This document shows, in pieces, positions 1 through 30,655 of a stretch of 64,000 nucleotides of DNA (position 1 is the first letter of the stretch; each line of letters starts with the position of its first letter). The translations under genes and the position numbers were made by a program. This stretch comes from Podarcis pityusensis. Its lineage: Eukaryota. The stretch lies in NCBI GenBank assembly GCA_964106645.2, contig OZ067039.1, one strand, 5' to 3'. Under the pieces are notes generated by a model. The model saw only the letters and a list, made by a program, of their open reading frames with translations. It did no database searches and was not told the origin of the DNA.

Positions 1-897
1 TGTCAACGGGGCTTTCCGTGGATTGGCATTTTCTCTGATTCAGCAGTAAAGAGCAGGTTTTCCCAGGGAAAGCGACAGGGCAAAGGAAAAACTGCGTGGA
101 CTCGTACTTTCTAGGCATGGGACAAGCAACGTGTGGATGAGCCCTAAGGCAGCTTCATCTCTGCACTTCCGCCTGCCTCTGGTTTCATTTTGTTCTCCTT
201 GAATTAGTAGTTCAGAGGCAAAACTTCAGATGTATTTTTAAATAACAGCAAAGCCTAAATGCTCCTAAAACAATATTGGAGCGCACACTGGAGCATACAT
301 GCATCGTTTAATATACAGAACTATGGACATAAGAGATGCAGAGGAGAACCCAGATCACTCACATCTAGAAACAGGAATATATAATAAAGGCTTCAAAGGG
401 TATGAGCTGTGCTTGCAAACTGCCAGTCATATCCTGGTTTAGAAAACGTCAAAGAAGAAGTGAAGACTTGTAGTGCTAGATCACACCGTTCAAATGAAAA
501 TGCAAAGCATAAGCCCCCAAACTGGCATGGATTCCTATAGTTCATTATTAATTATCATTATGTTTTAATGCAAATTAAATATACTTAAAGCAATCTAAAA
601 CAATATTTTACTTAATAAAATCAATAAAGAGCAATGAAAACAACAATATTTGCAATTTTCCTACAGGTAATTCCATTTTTTTAATTTTGCAGATGTCATC
701 GGCATGGTACATCTTACTTTACAATCTTACGCAGTGATAGATTCTATTTCTTCTTCAATAATGGTTGTTCACATAGACTAATATTTCAGGCTGCAATCCT
801 AATCCCATTTACTTGGATTAAGCCTCACTGAATTCAATAGGACTTCTGAGTAGCAATGTTTAAGATTGTGCTATTAATCATTCTTACATCTTACAGT

Positions 898-1126
898 TAC
901 AGATAGGTAGCCGTGTTGGTCTGCCATAGTCGAAATAAAAAAATCCTTCCAGTAGCACCTTTAAGACCAACTAAGTTAGTTCTTGGTATGAGCTTTCGTG
1001 TGCAAGCACACTTCTTCAGATACACTGAAACAGTGTATCTGAAGAAGTGTGCTTGCACACGAAAGCTCATACCAAGAACTAACTTAGTTGGTCTTAAAGG
1101 TGCTACTGGAAGGATTTTTTTATTTC
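898..1126. mobile_element. Penelope-like element remnant forming a perfect 96-bp inverted repeat (932-1027 / 1031-1126), with a 17-bp flanking direct repeat
   Basis: Arms pair around an AAA loop. TTCTTACATCTTACAGT occurs at 881-897 and 1124-1140. The ctgaagaagtg...cacgaaagctca...gttggtcttaaaggtgctac text resembles reptile Penelope terminal repeats (recognised, not searched). Confidence 0.8.
1035..1072 (+). ncRNA. Minimal type I hammerhead-ribozyme motif (mirror copy on - strand at 986-1023)
   Basis: Stem I GUAU/AUAC; core CUGAAGA 1039-1045; stem II GUGUGC/GCACAC; GAAA 1061-1064; palindromic AGCU in place of stem III; CUC triplet with predicted cut after 1068. Confidence 0.65.
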
Positions 1127-1237
1127 TTACATCTTACAGTCTCGCATAAACAAATATGTGTTGGAGATGGTTCCCACCCCCAGCTTCTTTCTTGTTTGTG
1201 TAACAAACAAAACCACAGCATAAGTCAAAGCAGTATA

Positions 1238-1457
1238 CAGTGGTACCTCAGGTTATGAACTTAATTCACTCCAGAGGTCCTTTCTTAACCCGAAACCATT
1301 CTTAACTAATTCTTTTGCTAATGGGGCCTCCCGCGGATGCCACGCTGCTGCCGCACAATTTCCGTTCTCATCCTGGGGCAAAGTTCTCAACCCAAGGTAC
1401 TACTTCCAGGTTAGCAGAGTTTGTAACCCAAAGCATTTGTAATCCGAGGTACCACTG
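1238..1457 (+). mobile_element. Tc1/mariner(pogo)-type MITE, copy 1
   Basis: TIRs CAGTGGTACCTC / GAGGTACCACTG flanked by TA on both sides. Confidence 0.85.
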
Positions 1458-2325
1458 TATCAGTATTGATCCCTATAGTTGTAGCCTCCTCCTCCCCCCA
1501 CAGAGAAGTCTGCAAACGTGTCTCCAGTGGTTATAGGAGATAAAACTGAAGACCTTACTGATCACCTCCCTAATTTCAACATCCTAAATTGCTGTTGGGG
1601 TGGACTCACTGTTGGCACTCATTTGAAATGCAGCCAGTTCTGGATAAGGTCAGTACAACCAATGATTCAGCAACATCCACTTTGTGTGGGTGTCTCTATG
1701 GGAAGCAGAAAGGGTACTTATGGAGGGAGAAAGCAATAACCCAAGTTGGGATGGAGCCAAGGGGGTGTTGGAATTAAAGCCACAACTCTTGCAAGGAATG
1801 ATCTTTAGTAGCTGGGATATGTTTGTGCAGTAACTACACCATAAAGCACCTTTCATCCTGAACAAAAGACCCTTGGGGCACCTTAGTGTGAATCAAGCAG
1901 TGCAAGAACATAAGAGCTGCCAGACAGCATAAGGGCAATGATCCATCTAGCCTGGCATTCAGCTTCTCCAATGGTAATGGAGGCTGGAGAGGAAAGGTCT
2001 GAGATGCAACAGGTGGTCTGTCCACTGTGGTTTATACCTGGTATCCAGATGAACTTGAAAATGTAACAAAAGCACGTGGGAAGATCTTCACTATTCAAAT
2101 GCCCTCCAGTGTGGGGGACTTCCTGAAAGCTAGAGCAGTGCTGTGCACCAGGAGTTTCATTTGCAACAGACTGACCCCGACCAGGATGTGTCCCATTTGT
2201 GCCAGGGACTCAATGGATGTTTTGTCTGACCATTTACCTAATAGCATTTGATTAATATTCGGAGAGTGCATCATCAGATGCTTGTTGTTGTTGTTGTTTA
2301 AACCTTAATATTATCCCTTCACTTT

Positions 2326-2574
2326 AAGAAGAAGAAGAAGAGTTTGGATTTGATATCCCGCCTTTCACTCCCCTTCAGGAGTCTCAAAGCAGCTAACAAT
2401 CTCCTTTCCCTTCCTCCCCCACAACAAACACTCTATGAGGTGAGTGGGGCTGAGAGACTTCAGAGAAGTGTGACTAGCCCAAGGTCACCCAGCAGCTGCA
2501 TGTGGAGGAGCGGAGACACGAACCCGGTTCCCCAGATTACGTAACCACCGCTCTTAACCACTACACCACACTGG
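2326..2574 (-). mobile_element. tRNA-derived SINE (Squam3-like) with (CTT)n tail
   Basis: Minus strand begins CCAGTGTGGTGTAGTGGTTAAGAGC (A box), has a GGTTCG B box, and ends in (CTT)n. Confidence 0.75.
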
Positions 2575-3889
2575 TTCCAAAGAAAGAAAGACCACCTTTT
2601 AGCAGCTGCCAAAAGAACTCAGTCAAACAAAGGGTTCTTTCAAAATTCTGATGGAAAAGGGAGAGAGCTTTTTACTCAAATACAAAACTCATCACCACCA
2701 GATTCACCTTCCTTACGTATGGACCAGGGGTGAGGTGGGGGAGGCAGCTCCAGTAAGGTGGCCTTCAAAATGGATTAGGCCAATTCATGAAGAGACCACC
2801 AGTGGTTAGTTGCTATGAGATTCCTCCTCCTCCTGTTGACGTTTGAAACCCAGACCATGGAGACAAGCAATGTGGAAGGTTTGTTGCCTCCACCATGCTT
2901 TCCTGGTGGACGTCTCAGAGGTAATGGTTACATGGCTAGGATTCATGTTTTGAAACACCTATCAGATTTTTTTCAAAAACAACCATAAAGTCTTACACAG
3001 GTGGAAGCACGCAGGGATGAAATAACGTCACAATTACAAATGAGAAAGAACGGCAAAGCAAGATAGGCTCAGAAATTCATGAAAAATGAACAACGCAAGA
3101 TGGAATCCTGAATTACACCCCCAGTTGTCACATTTCACATTGGAAGTTACATTGTAAACTTCAACTTTTTGTCCCACATTGAGCAGTTCCGGGGGAAAGC
3201 AGATCATAGCACCTAGTAGAAACTTCTTGAACTTCTCCTTCTCCAAACTTCTTTCCAAGTCTCTCGCCCCTGCATACACCTAGAAACAATACACACAAAA
3301 CCTACCACAGCTGCCTGTTTGATAAGGGAGTGTGGGGAGATTGCTTGCAAGCAAGACTGCATCCCACTGCACCCCACACGTTTCTATGGCAGGGATTGGA
3401 AACCTCCTCCTTGACCACTGGCTGTATTGACTGAAGCTGATGAGAGTAGGAGTCCAGGAACATCTAGAAGGCACCACCCTGATCTATGGATTGGGGAAAC
3501 TAGCATGCTAAATGCCACTATAGCCACCTGCTGTGAGAGTATGGCGGAATCCACATCATACGTTTAATGCACAATTATGCCACTTCTCCCAAAGAATTCT
3601 GGAACTGTAGCTTACCCCTTGCAGAGCTACAATTCCCAGCATTCTTAACAAACTCCAGTTCCCAGGATTCTTTGGGTTAAGCTATTACTGTTAAAGTATA
3701 AGAGTGTTTTAAATATGTGGTGTGGATGTGACCTAGGTCTCCTTTGGAAGCTGCAAAGATGCCTGCATTGCAGGGTGTTGGACTAGATGACCCTCGCAAT
3801 CCCCTCCTTCCAGCTCTACAGTTCTCTGAGTCTCCGATTCAGCACTTGTGGCTGCTCATTGACTCCCTATTTCAGGGTCCTTACCTGCT

Positions 3890-4354
3890 TCTTTCTTCTT
3901 CTTCTTTGGCGATCGCACATAGCCGAGTAAGATTGTCTTCCATAAACACGGTTTTAACAATGAGTCCATAAGTGTCTGTGGAGGCCAATTCTGGACCCAC
4001 ACGTCCTTCCACAGTGGGGACATTAGTTCCCGGATGGGAGTTGATCATGGTGTGGATTTGCCAAGCATGCCTTCCTCTTAGCACGTTTCTCCCTTGCATT
4101 CTGAGTTCGAGTGTCTTCAAAGCCCATGACACCTTTGGTAAAGACTGTTCTCCAACTGAAGCGCTCGCAGGCCGGTGTTTCCCAGTTGTCAGTGTTTATA
4201 CTACATTTTTTTAGATTTGCCTCGAGACAGTCTTTAAACCTCTTTTGTTGACCACCAGCATTACGCTTTCCATTTTCAAGTTCGGAATAGAGGAGTTGAT
4301 TTGGAAGACGATCATCAGGCATCCGCACATGACCAGTCCAACGAAGTGTGAGCA
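3890..4354 (-). mobile_element. RTE-clade LINE 3' fragment with (GAA)n tail
   Basis: LRWTGHVRMPDDRLPNQLLYSELENGKRNAGGQQKRFKD is typical RTE ORF C-terminus; homologous to 35690-36530; degenerate 9-bp flanking repeat (3881-3889 / 4355-4363). Confidence 0.85.
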
Positions 4355-4594
4355 TGACCAGCTGTTGCAGCAGAGGTGCACAAGGCACTGCCTTCACATT
4401 TTCGAGTCACAGCAAGACTCTTGCATTTTTTATGATAGCCATTTCCCCCTTTCTGTTGCAATTTCTTTAGAGCTCCATTTTATCATTCTTTTACCTGCCA
4501 GTTCATTGTCCATTGTTAAATAGACTTGTAACAGACCTGTTTTCATAATAATGCAGTGTTATAATGATGGTGGAGGAGGAATGTGGGCTTAATA

Positions 4595-4803
4595 CAGTGG
4601 TACCTTGGGTTAAGTACTTAATTCGTTCTGGAGGTCCGTTCTTAACCTGAAAGTGTTCTTAACCTGAGCACCACTTTAGCTAATGGGGCCTCCTGCTGCT
4701 GCTGCGCCGCTGCCATGTGATTTCTGTTCTCATCCTGAAGCAAAGTTCTTAACCCGAGGTACTATTTCTGGGTTAGCGGAGTCTGTAACCTGAGCTACCA
4801 CTG
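4595..4803 (+). mobile_element. Tc1/mariner(pogo)-type MITE, copy 2
   Basis: Same TIR and TA flanks; shares the internal gctaatggggcctcc...ttctcatcctg sequence with copy 1. Confidence 0.85.
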
Positions 4804-7800
4804 TAATATGGAAAGACCCTAAGGCTGTAATACTAAGCATGCCTACTAGAAAGTGAACTAATATGGGCTGCTGCTACTCAGAGTAAACATGTGGAAGGGT
4901 GGGTGTGCTTTGCTGTCATAGTCAAGGGGGGCGGGAATCTTTTCCTGTAATAGGCAGCTGGTGATCTGCTTTGATTTTTGTGCAATTTTTAATTGTATTG
5001 TAATTGTTATAAATCACGTTGATTTTTTAAAAATCAACTTGCAGTAAGCAAATAGATAAATAAAATGGGAGAATGGAGTGCAAGTTCACTCCAATGTTTG
5101 AGGGATTTTATGCTTGGTTAGTTTTTGTTTGTTTGCAAATCTAAGGGCAAAGAGCATGTCCTCAGTGATGTAAAATATTTCTAGGGTTGCTAACTGCCCA
5201 GCACAACCCCTCACCAAACAATATTCTAGTCTGCTGCTGTGCAGTTTGATCTGCCCCCCCCCCCCCATATCATCAGGTGAAACTTTTCACAGCATGGAGA
5301 TAAAACACGATCCGTCGCCATTGTCATTTATCAAATTATCTCATTTATTTATTACCTCAGATACATATGTAACACCATTTGAATCAACTAATAAATGATG
5401 CCCGAACCCTGAGTTGCTCTTAAAAGCACAGCTACAGCGACAGCTTGCAAATTTGGCAACCCTTCGGACTTCAGTGTGTTCCCATTTTTAATGCCTGATT
5501 TGTAAGTGAGCCACTATAGGGCATCACTGATAGCAAGCAATGCCATATGTGACATTAATTGCCTCTCTGTTGAGGCTGTTGTGTTACCGCACCAGGCCTG
5601 AGCACACAGTAATTGCCTAATAACAATAATTAATAGATAATGCAGCCCTATTACAAGACAGCATGAAATCTCATGCTCCTGTACACTGCTCATCTATTGG
5701 CCCTCGCCCTGCAGAAACACACACATGAATAATGACTTGGTGTATGTCATGAGAGGGGGAGAAATAAATGCATTAACTGAGTCTATGGTTTTGGTTGATT
5801 AAAGTCATCTGACTTTAGCATGCCCACCAATTAATCAATTAAGTACTAAAACTCAGCAAAACCTCAACGCAACATGACACAATTTTCATAATTTTCATTG
5901 CAGACAGGTAGATTTCCTTTATTCAGTCAGTTTTAATCTGCAAGCAGTGCTTTGCTCAATGAATGTTTGCAGGCCTAATGATAAGTCTACACTATCCATC
6001 ATTTTAATGGTACTTCTGTACTGAGATGCAGCAGCAAATGCGGGGACAGGAACTTAAAATGGGACAGCTTCCCACTTCCCCACCCCAAGAATTTTCCAAA
6101 AAGAAAATAAAAGTGGGAAGCTCAAGATTGCCTGGCAGTCATTTTGTTGTAGGGTTTTTTTTTTGGGGGGGGGGGAATTCCATCTGGATGATGCCTTGAG
6201 TCACTTTCAATTCTTGGGTTCCTGTATCCCATGGAGATTAGAATCTGACAAGAGGATTTTGTTGAACTAGTCAAATAGGTTTCTTTGCAAGCCAATGGCC
6301 TTATACTCAGATAATTGTTCTTCTAGCCCTGTACTGTCTACTCTGAGTTGCAATGACTCCCCAAGGTCAATGACTGGCTGAGCCGGGATGACAGGGACCC
6401 TCTCTTGGGTCCTCATCATCCTGATTCAGCCAGTCCATGACAGAGGAATGCCTTTCAATCCCTTACTCCTTTTACTGGGAATGCATTCTCCCCCACCCAC
6501 CAAAAATTGAAAGGGTCTCAGGAGGGACTCAGGAGGGCCACACAGGCTCCCCATCCCAGATTGAGGGGTTTCCAGACTTTTCCAGTACCTCTAGAACGCC
6601 TTCCACACTGTGCTGTCACTGACTGAAGAACCCTGCCTGTCTGTCACAGATCTCCAGTCCTACAGGCTGCTGAGGATCCTGGAAACAGGTCATTCACTAG
6701 AAAGACCATCTGATTGTGGGAGAAACTGGCCCAGTTAATCAAATCTCTCTCTTTGCTGTGTTAATCGAGAAGTACACTTCAGAAGACTTCCAACATTCCA
6801 ATGATTTGTAGGGGAAATCTCTCATTTCAAGGAACTGTGTATGCCTTTTACTGGTTTTCTCACTGAGTAGTCCCAATAACCTTTCCTGTATTTTTGTTGG
6901 AAGCTGCCCAGAGTGGCTGGGGCAAGCCAGTCAGGTGGGCAGGGTAATAAATTCGAACACAAACACTCCAGGGTGACCCAGAAGACAATTTGTGTGGTTA
7001 GGTAATTTTAGCCTCTGGGCTTAATTGATGGTGGTAGTACTATATGCTGTACTTCCCTTACTTGTAAATGTGGTGAGCTGAGTGGGGGCCCTGGACTTCT
7101 GGCCTAAAGTCCTGCTCGAATGGCACCACCAAGAGCATTGAGTCAATCAGGCAAACAATATATCAATCGTGTACTCCTGACCGCAAAAGACTTGCAGGGA
7201 ATAAGCTACCAGAACAGTTTACATTGAGCCCTGCTCCTTCTTGCAGTACGAAAAACCTCCAAACAATGCAATAAAACTTTTTATTATTGGCTGAACGTGT
7301 CCACCCCTTACAGGGGAAGGAACCACTCACAATGGCTCACAGGATCACGAGCAGCAGCAGCAGCACTGGCTCCATCTATCACAAATCACTGCAAGATAAG
7401 AAAGAAAGAAAACCTGTAGGGGGGGGGGGGAGGATGGCACCACTGACTTCTTTCCAGCATTGCTGCTGGGGCTGAAGAAGGCTTGGATCAGCAGAGCAAA
7501 AAATTAAAAATGAAAGATGTGCAAACTGCTAGATCAGCAACTAGCACGCACACTTCACTGAGGAGGCTGGTGGGGGGAGGGGAGATTTGAAGTGAGCAGC
7601 AGCCTAGAATGTTACAGAAATATTGCACTGGTAGGCTGCTTTGGCAAAAGTGAATTTTGCCAAATTTATGTCAGTGCCTAACCTATTGCTGAGCCAGTGA
7701 CCTAAAATTGTAGGTATCAGTGGGAAAGTATAAAATACAAGAAGCAGTCAGGGGACCAGTTCATGTTCTGGGGTTGGGGAAGAGATTCATCATAAAGGTT

Positions 7801-8138
7801 CATATTGGGACGGGTGGTGCCATTTCACATGTTCATAAATGATCTGTAGTGAGCGGCGGGATGGCTGTGTTTGCCAGAGGTTATTCAGTTATGAAAGATG
7901 GTGAAAGCCATTGCAGATTGTGAAGTGCCCCAAAAGCAGCTTTTGTAGCTGGAGAAGGGACAACAAAATGGTAAATGAGCTCCAGTGTCTGTAAGCGTTT
8001 GCATGTTAAAATGAGACACAATTCTAGCTATGTATGTACTATGTACATGTACTATGTACACAGAGATGGGACCTGACCTAGCAGCAACTAACAAAGGAAG
8101 TGATCTTAGGGTTGTGGGAGTAACCCAGTTAAAACTTA

Positions 8139-8185
<47 letters not shown>
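8139..8185 (+). repeat. (GAAA)n microsatellite
   Basis: Read directly. Confidence 0.95.
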
Positions 8186-8186
<1 letters not shown>

Positions 8187-11100
8187 GCAAATTTCATGCT
8201 AGGGATTATTAAGGCTTGAAATTATTATTAGGGTTTGAAAATAAAACTGTCAGTTTCGTTGTACCTTTGCACAAATCTATGCTGCCGCAATGTTGGAATA
8301 CTACTTACAGTTTTAGCTGCTCCATCTCAAGAATGCCATTTCAGAGGAAGAGAAAGGGGTGACCAAAAATGATCAGAGGGTTAAAGTACCTTCACTACAT
8401 ACAAAAGTTAAAATGGATTTCTTTTTTTGGGGGGGGGGGCTGGGGCTTTCTATACAAGTACAGCTGCATCATACCTTACCTTTTCTATGGTGGAGCATTT
8501 GGTTCTTTGAGTCAGAGGCTGGGGGAAACCGAGCAAAATTCTGCTTTTCCCATTGCCCAGAAGTATGTGAATGTGCATGCCTGTATGCATTGTTGTTTAT
8601 GCACAAAAGAGATAATGTGGTGTACACAGGGAAGTGACATCTGGATGGTGTTTGAAATAGCTAGTATCAAGGGAAGAGCTTTGGAGCATGAACTTGTCCA
8701 CCACAGGGGTGGGACCTACTGGTTAACTTAAAGCAGGGCTGGGGACCCTCAAACCTAGGGGTCAAATGTGGCCCTCCAGACCTTCCCCAAGGCCGCACGC
8801 ATCTCCATCTCTGCTTTACACTCTCCATGAGTGTTTCTACCTGTCTGGAATGTGTCCATCAACTCTGATGAAGTTTCTTGCTTTTCCTGGACGGAGAATA
8901 GAAAGGGGTGTGTGAGAGTGAAGAAACTAGGTAGAATTCGTATTAGTTGCTTTGCCCACCTTTGCCTCTAGCCCCACCCATCCATGGAATGTGGCTCCTA
9001 GAAGGTTGCCCCAAAGGGAGCTGTGGCCCTTGAACTTAAGAAACTTGAAATATCAGTGGTTTGCTCACTGGAATGCACTCTGATGTCCACTTACTGTGGG
9101 ATTTCCTTCTGAGTAAACAACTCTCATGGTATTGGGCTGCTGGTTTTACTGTGTTTAATGGCCAAGAAAGCTAGAATATAGCTAGTAGCTAAAGCTGGTG
9201 ACTTTTCTCCCTTAAATTTGGGGATGGGGTAAATACTGTTATGAGTTCATGGAGGGGGGCAGACTCCCCAGAATTCCTGGATTTAGTAAAAGTTAGAATT
9301 AATCAAGTTTTGATTAAACAGTGCCAAATGCTGAAACCCCCTAGTTTAGTTTATGCCAACAAGCAGGCCAACTTGGCAAAGCTGCTAAAGTGGACCATTG
9401 GCAGCAGACAGGTGATGACCCATCAACGTAAGGGTGCTGTCAGGGGCTCCCAGCTGGTTGCCCAGGAAAGTATAAAGACAAGGAAAAGTTTCTTACAGCC
9501 CTTTTTTATTTCAAACTTTACAGAGAAAGGCTATAGAACCCAGCCTCTTGGATAATGGTGTAGTCCAGAGTGAAGCTCCACCCTCCCATCTCTCCCACTT
9601 CTACATTCATCATCACTATCATCTCCCCTACGGGCACCGCTAAGTGCCCTCTGTCTTTGAGCTCTTTGCTCTCCTACTTTTATGGCTCACTGGGTTCTGG
9701 GAGAAGGGGGGGGGTCTGGAATGCTTTCTAATGACACTGTGTCAGCCAGCTGCTGCTCCGACTCTGCCTTCACCTCCTTTCTCCCATTATTTCCCAACTT
9801 TCCCCCTCATCTCTGAGCTGTGACCTCCCGCAAACCACTGTTGTAAATCTATACAGTCTTCCTCTTCCTCCTCCCTGAGAGAGTCAGGATAGGGAGGTGG
9901 TCTCCATCACTCCTCCTCATCTGGCCAGCCCCTGACCACCAAGGAAACCACCAGAGGGCCATACAAGGAGGGGAGGGGCTACTCCTCCAGCCAGGGGCGG
10001 ACTTTGGCAATATGGTGCCCTTAGCAAGGACAAAGTGGCAACCCCCCCCCCCCCAATTCTTATTTTCACAATAATTCTTTTTGGTACATTTGCTTTTTTA
10101 TGGATCTTCTCAGTAGGTACCTGTATAAAAACAGGTTGTTGTGGTTGTTTTGCACCCCCTGGGCTCAGTGCCCTGTGCAGGAGAGCTGCTTGTACTGCCT
10201 TAAATTCAGTGTTGCAAGGAAAAGAAAAGGTTTAAGACTGCAGTGCTAGATGGTGTAGGGTGAAGGAAAGTAGCGGCACTTTGTCCATGGGTGAGTGTGG
10301 GTCATTTCTCTGTGGTAGCTTATCTTAAAGTTTTTAAGTGCCTATGCGCATTTATAAATTTTTAATTTACTGTTGTACGTTGTTTTAAATGTTTGTTTTC
10401 CTTCTGGGATTGTACCCCCAAGTGTGTTTTATAAGCTGGTCTCCGACCGTAATAAATTATCTATTTTGTGGCACTTTGCAAGAGGTTTGAAAAGTGGGGA
10501 AGAAGGGGGACCAGCAGAATCCTTGGTGGGCTGCCTGCAACAGGCTGTAACAAAGGGATAGGCTGCATGGCTGCATCCTCTGTTTGCAGACCTAAGCCTG
10601 CTGCTCCCAAGAGAGGAGCAAAGGATCATCTTGAGATGTGATTGCTGGAAATCCCTCCACTCTAGACGCAGGTTATACATATGTGTAACTAAACCATACA
10701 TCATGAAGACACCACGGTCTTTGCTGTGCCTCATTTCCAAAGGAAACACAAACCCTGGATGAGCACCAAGACTGCTGGAATCCTGCACCATTCAGAGATT
10801 GGAGTGTCATGTAAAAATACTTTGCCCTTGTGCCAGGATGCATCTGTAGTGCAGTACAATGGCTCAAGATATAAAGATCTTAAAACACAAAGAAGTAACA
10901 CCTGAATGCTTGCAACTCCATTGTTTTGGGTGTGGAGTGAGATGCTTTAATGTGGTCTGTTTGTTGGGAATCTTCTTACACTGACAGGAGACAACCACAG
11001 AGTAGCTGAAATTCAGGGAACGCCTGCATGAGGTTTTGTTGGGGCTCAGATGGGCTGATTCAAGAAAGCTGATAGAGCATCGTGGTTAAGAGCAGGTGCT

Positions 11101-12080
11101 GTGAAAGGCAACTCTGCCATGAACTCACTGATTATCCTTTGGCGAGGCGCTTGTTCTCATCTTAAGCTACTCGCCGCCCTGTATTATGGGCGTAATAAAT
11201 ACTGCGGCCACTTAAACATTGCCAAAAGGAAAGAGGACAGAGTTTTTCCACAAAACTGGCATATAGAAATGCAATGTATCTATCCATAATGGAGAAAGCT
11301 TTGACCAGGTGACCTATGTGTGCTTGCTCAGGTACATCTTTTGAATTTGGCCAACTAACAGGAACCCTTCCAGGGGAGCAGGAAAAGTAAGCCCCCTATA
11401 ATATGCAGAAACAGTAGGGTTGCACATCTTTTTATCCGTGCCTATAACAGTCACGTGACAGACAGAAATTGAACAGGTGCAGCCTTCCCCTGCATGCCGA
11501 TGCGAGTGGCAGAACCTGTATCGACTGAATTTCTAACTCTTAAAGCGACGGAAGCTCGGACAGGGACAATATATCTGTGCACGAGCAGCTGTATAATCCT
11601 ACATGTGGCAAGGCAGACTGTGTACGTATTAAATTCAGTTGCGGTGCTAACAGGCAATATATAGTTCTGAAACTGAGCCCAGCAGCAACCCCCCTTGTTT
11701 ACAGAACTGCAAATTTCTCTGACACGTTACTGATGCGTATACTTTCCCTTTTTTGCGAGAGGAGAGTGGGATCTTCTGTCCGTTCCGCGGGTTCAAATGC
11801 GAGATAAGTACGAGCTGCTACGCGCAGCCTGCAGGGCGATCCGCCAGTTCAGGAACGACGCTCGGCTGACTTCAAACAAAAGCGAGAGAGGGAAAGGGAG
11901 AACTACATTTCCCATGATACCTTTTGAACCCGGTAGTAACTGGCAGTGGCGGAGGGAGAACCACGTGTTTCCCTTTCTCCAGCCCCCCGTCCTCCTTTCA
12001 GATCTTGGAGACTCACTTAGCGTGAGCAACAACTAGCAAAACACTTTGGGGTTTTTGCACTTTCTGCTCCTTAGGCTGCT

Positions 12081-30366
<18,286 letters not shown>

Positions 30367-30649
30367 TGTTATGCCCAACCAGAGACTGTCTGATTACCCC
30401 CAGATGGGCGGGGCTTGCCAGAGGCCAGGTGCTTGGGGTCCCTGTAGTCCTACCTCTGAGAGCCAGCCAGCAGGTGCCCTTTTCTGGAAGGGTGATTGCC
30501 TTGGCCACCTTTTCTCCTTCTCCCAATGCCCATTTTATAGTGACTCAAAAACAACTGACCTCCTTTCCGTTTTATAGCAGGACTAGTCTCTGATCCATGG
30601 TACCTGTGTAATATTTTCGCCTGCCCACTATGCAAGATGGGTTGTAAGA

Positions 30650-30655
30650 ATTAAA
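30650..30655 (+). terminator. Candidate SHMT2 polyadenylation signal (ATTAAA)
   Basis: First AWTAAA I found after the stop, with upstream TGTA motifs (30607, 30643); a second ATTAAA lies at 31462-31467. Confidence 0.45.

Larger units (their letters stand above)
1610..7388 (-). pseudogene. Candidate decayed multi-exon gene divergent from SHMT2 (exon-like 7388-7331, ~4536-4359, 3279-3151, 2237-2038, 1695-1610); family uncertain
   Basis: Several segments have pyrimidine-tract AG acceptors and GT donors. First segment is signal-peptide-like (MEPVLLLLLVIL*AI); others read VYAGARDLERSLEKEKFKKFLLGAMICFPPELL and KWSDKTSIESLAQMGHILVGVSLLQMKLL. In-frame stops present. No homology search possible. Confidence 0.3.

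Noticed and set aside
3881-4132. ORF ending TYGLIVKTVFMEDNLTRLCAIAKEEEERSR next to a strong donor, first taken as an exon
   Set aside because: It is the 3' UTR and (GAA)n tail of the RTE element; the copy near 36450-36530 has the homologous text.
9237-9965. Possible solo LTR (TG start, TATAAA at 9471)
   Set aside because: Could not define a matching end or TSD by eye.
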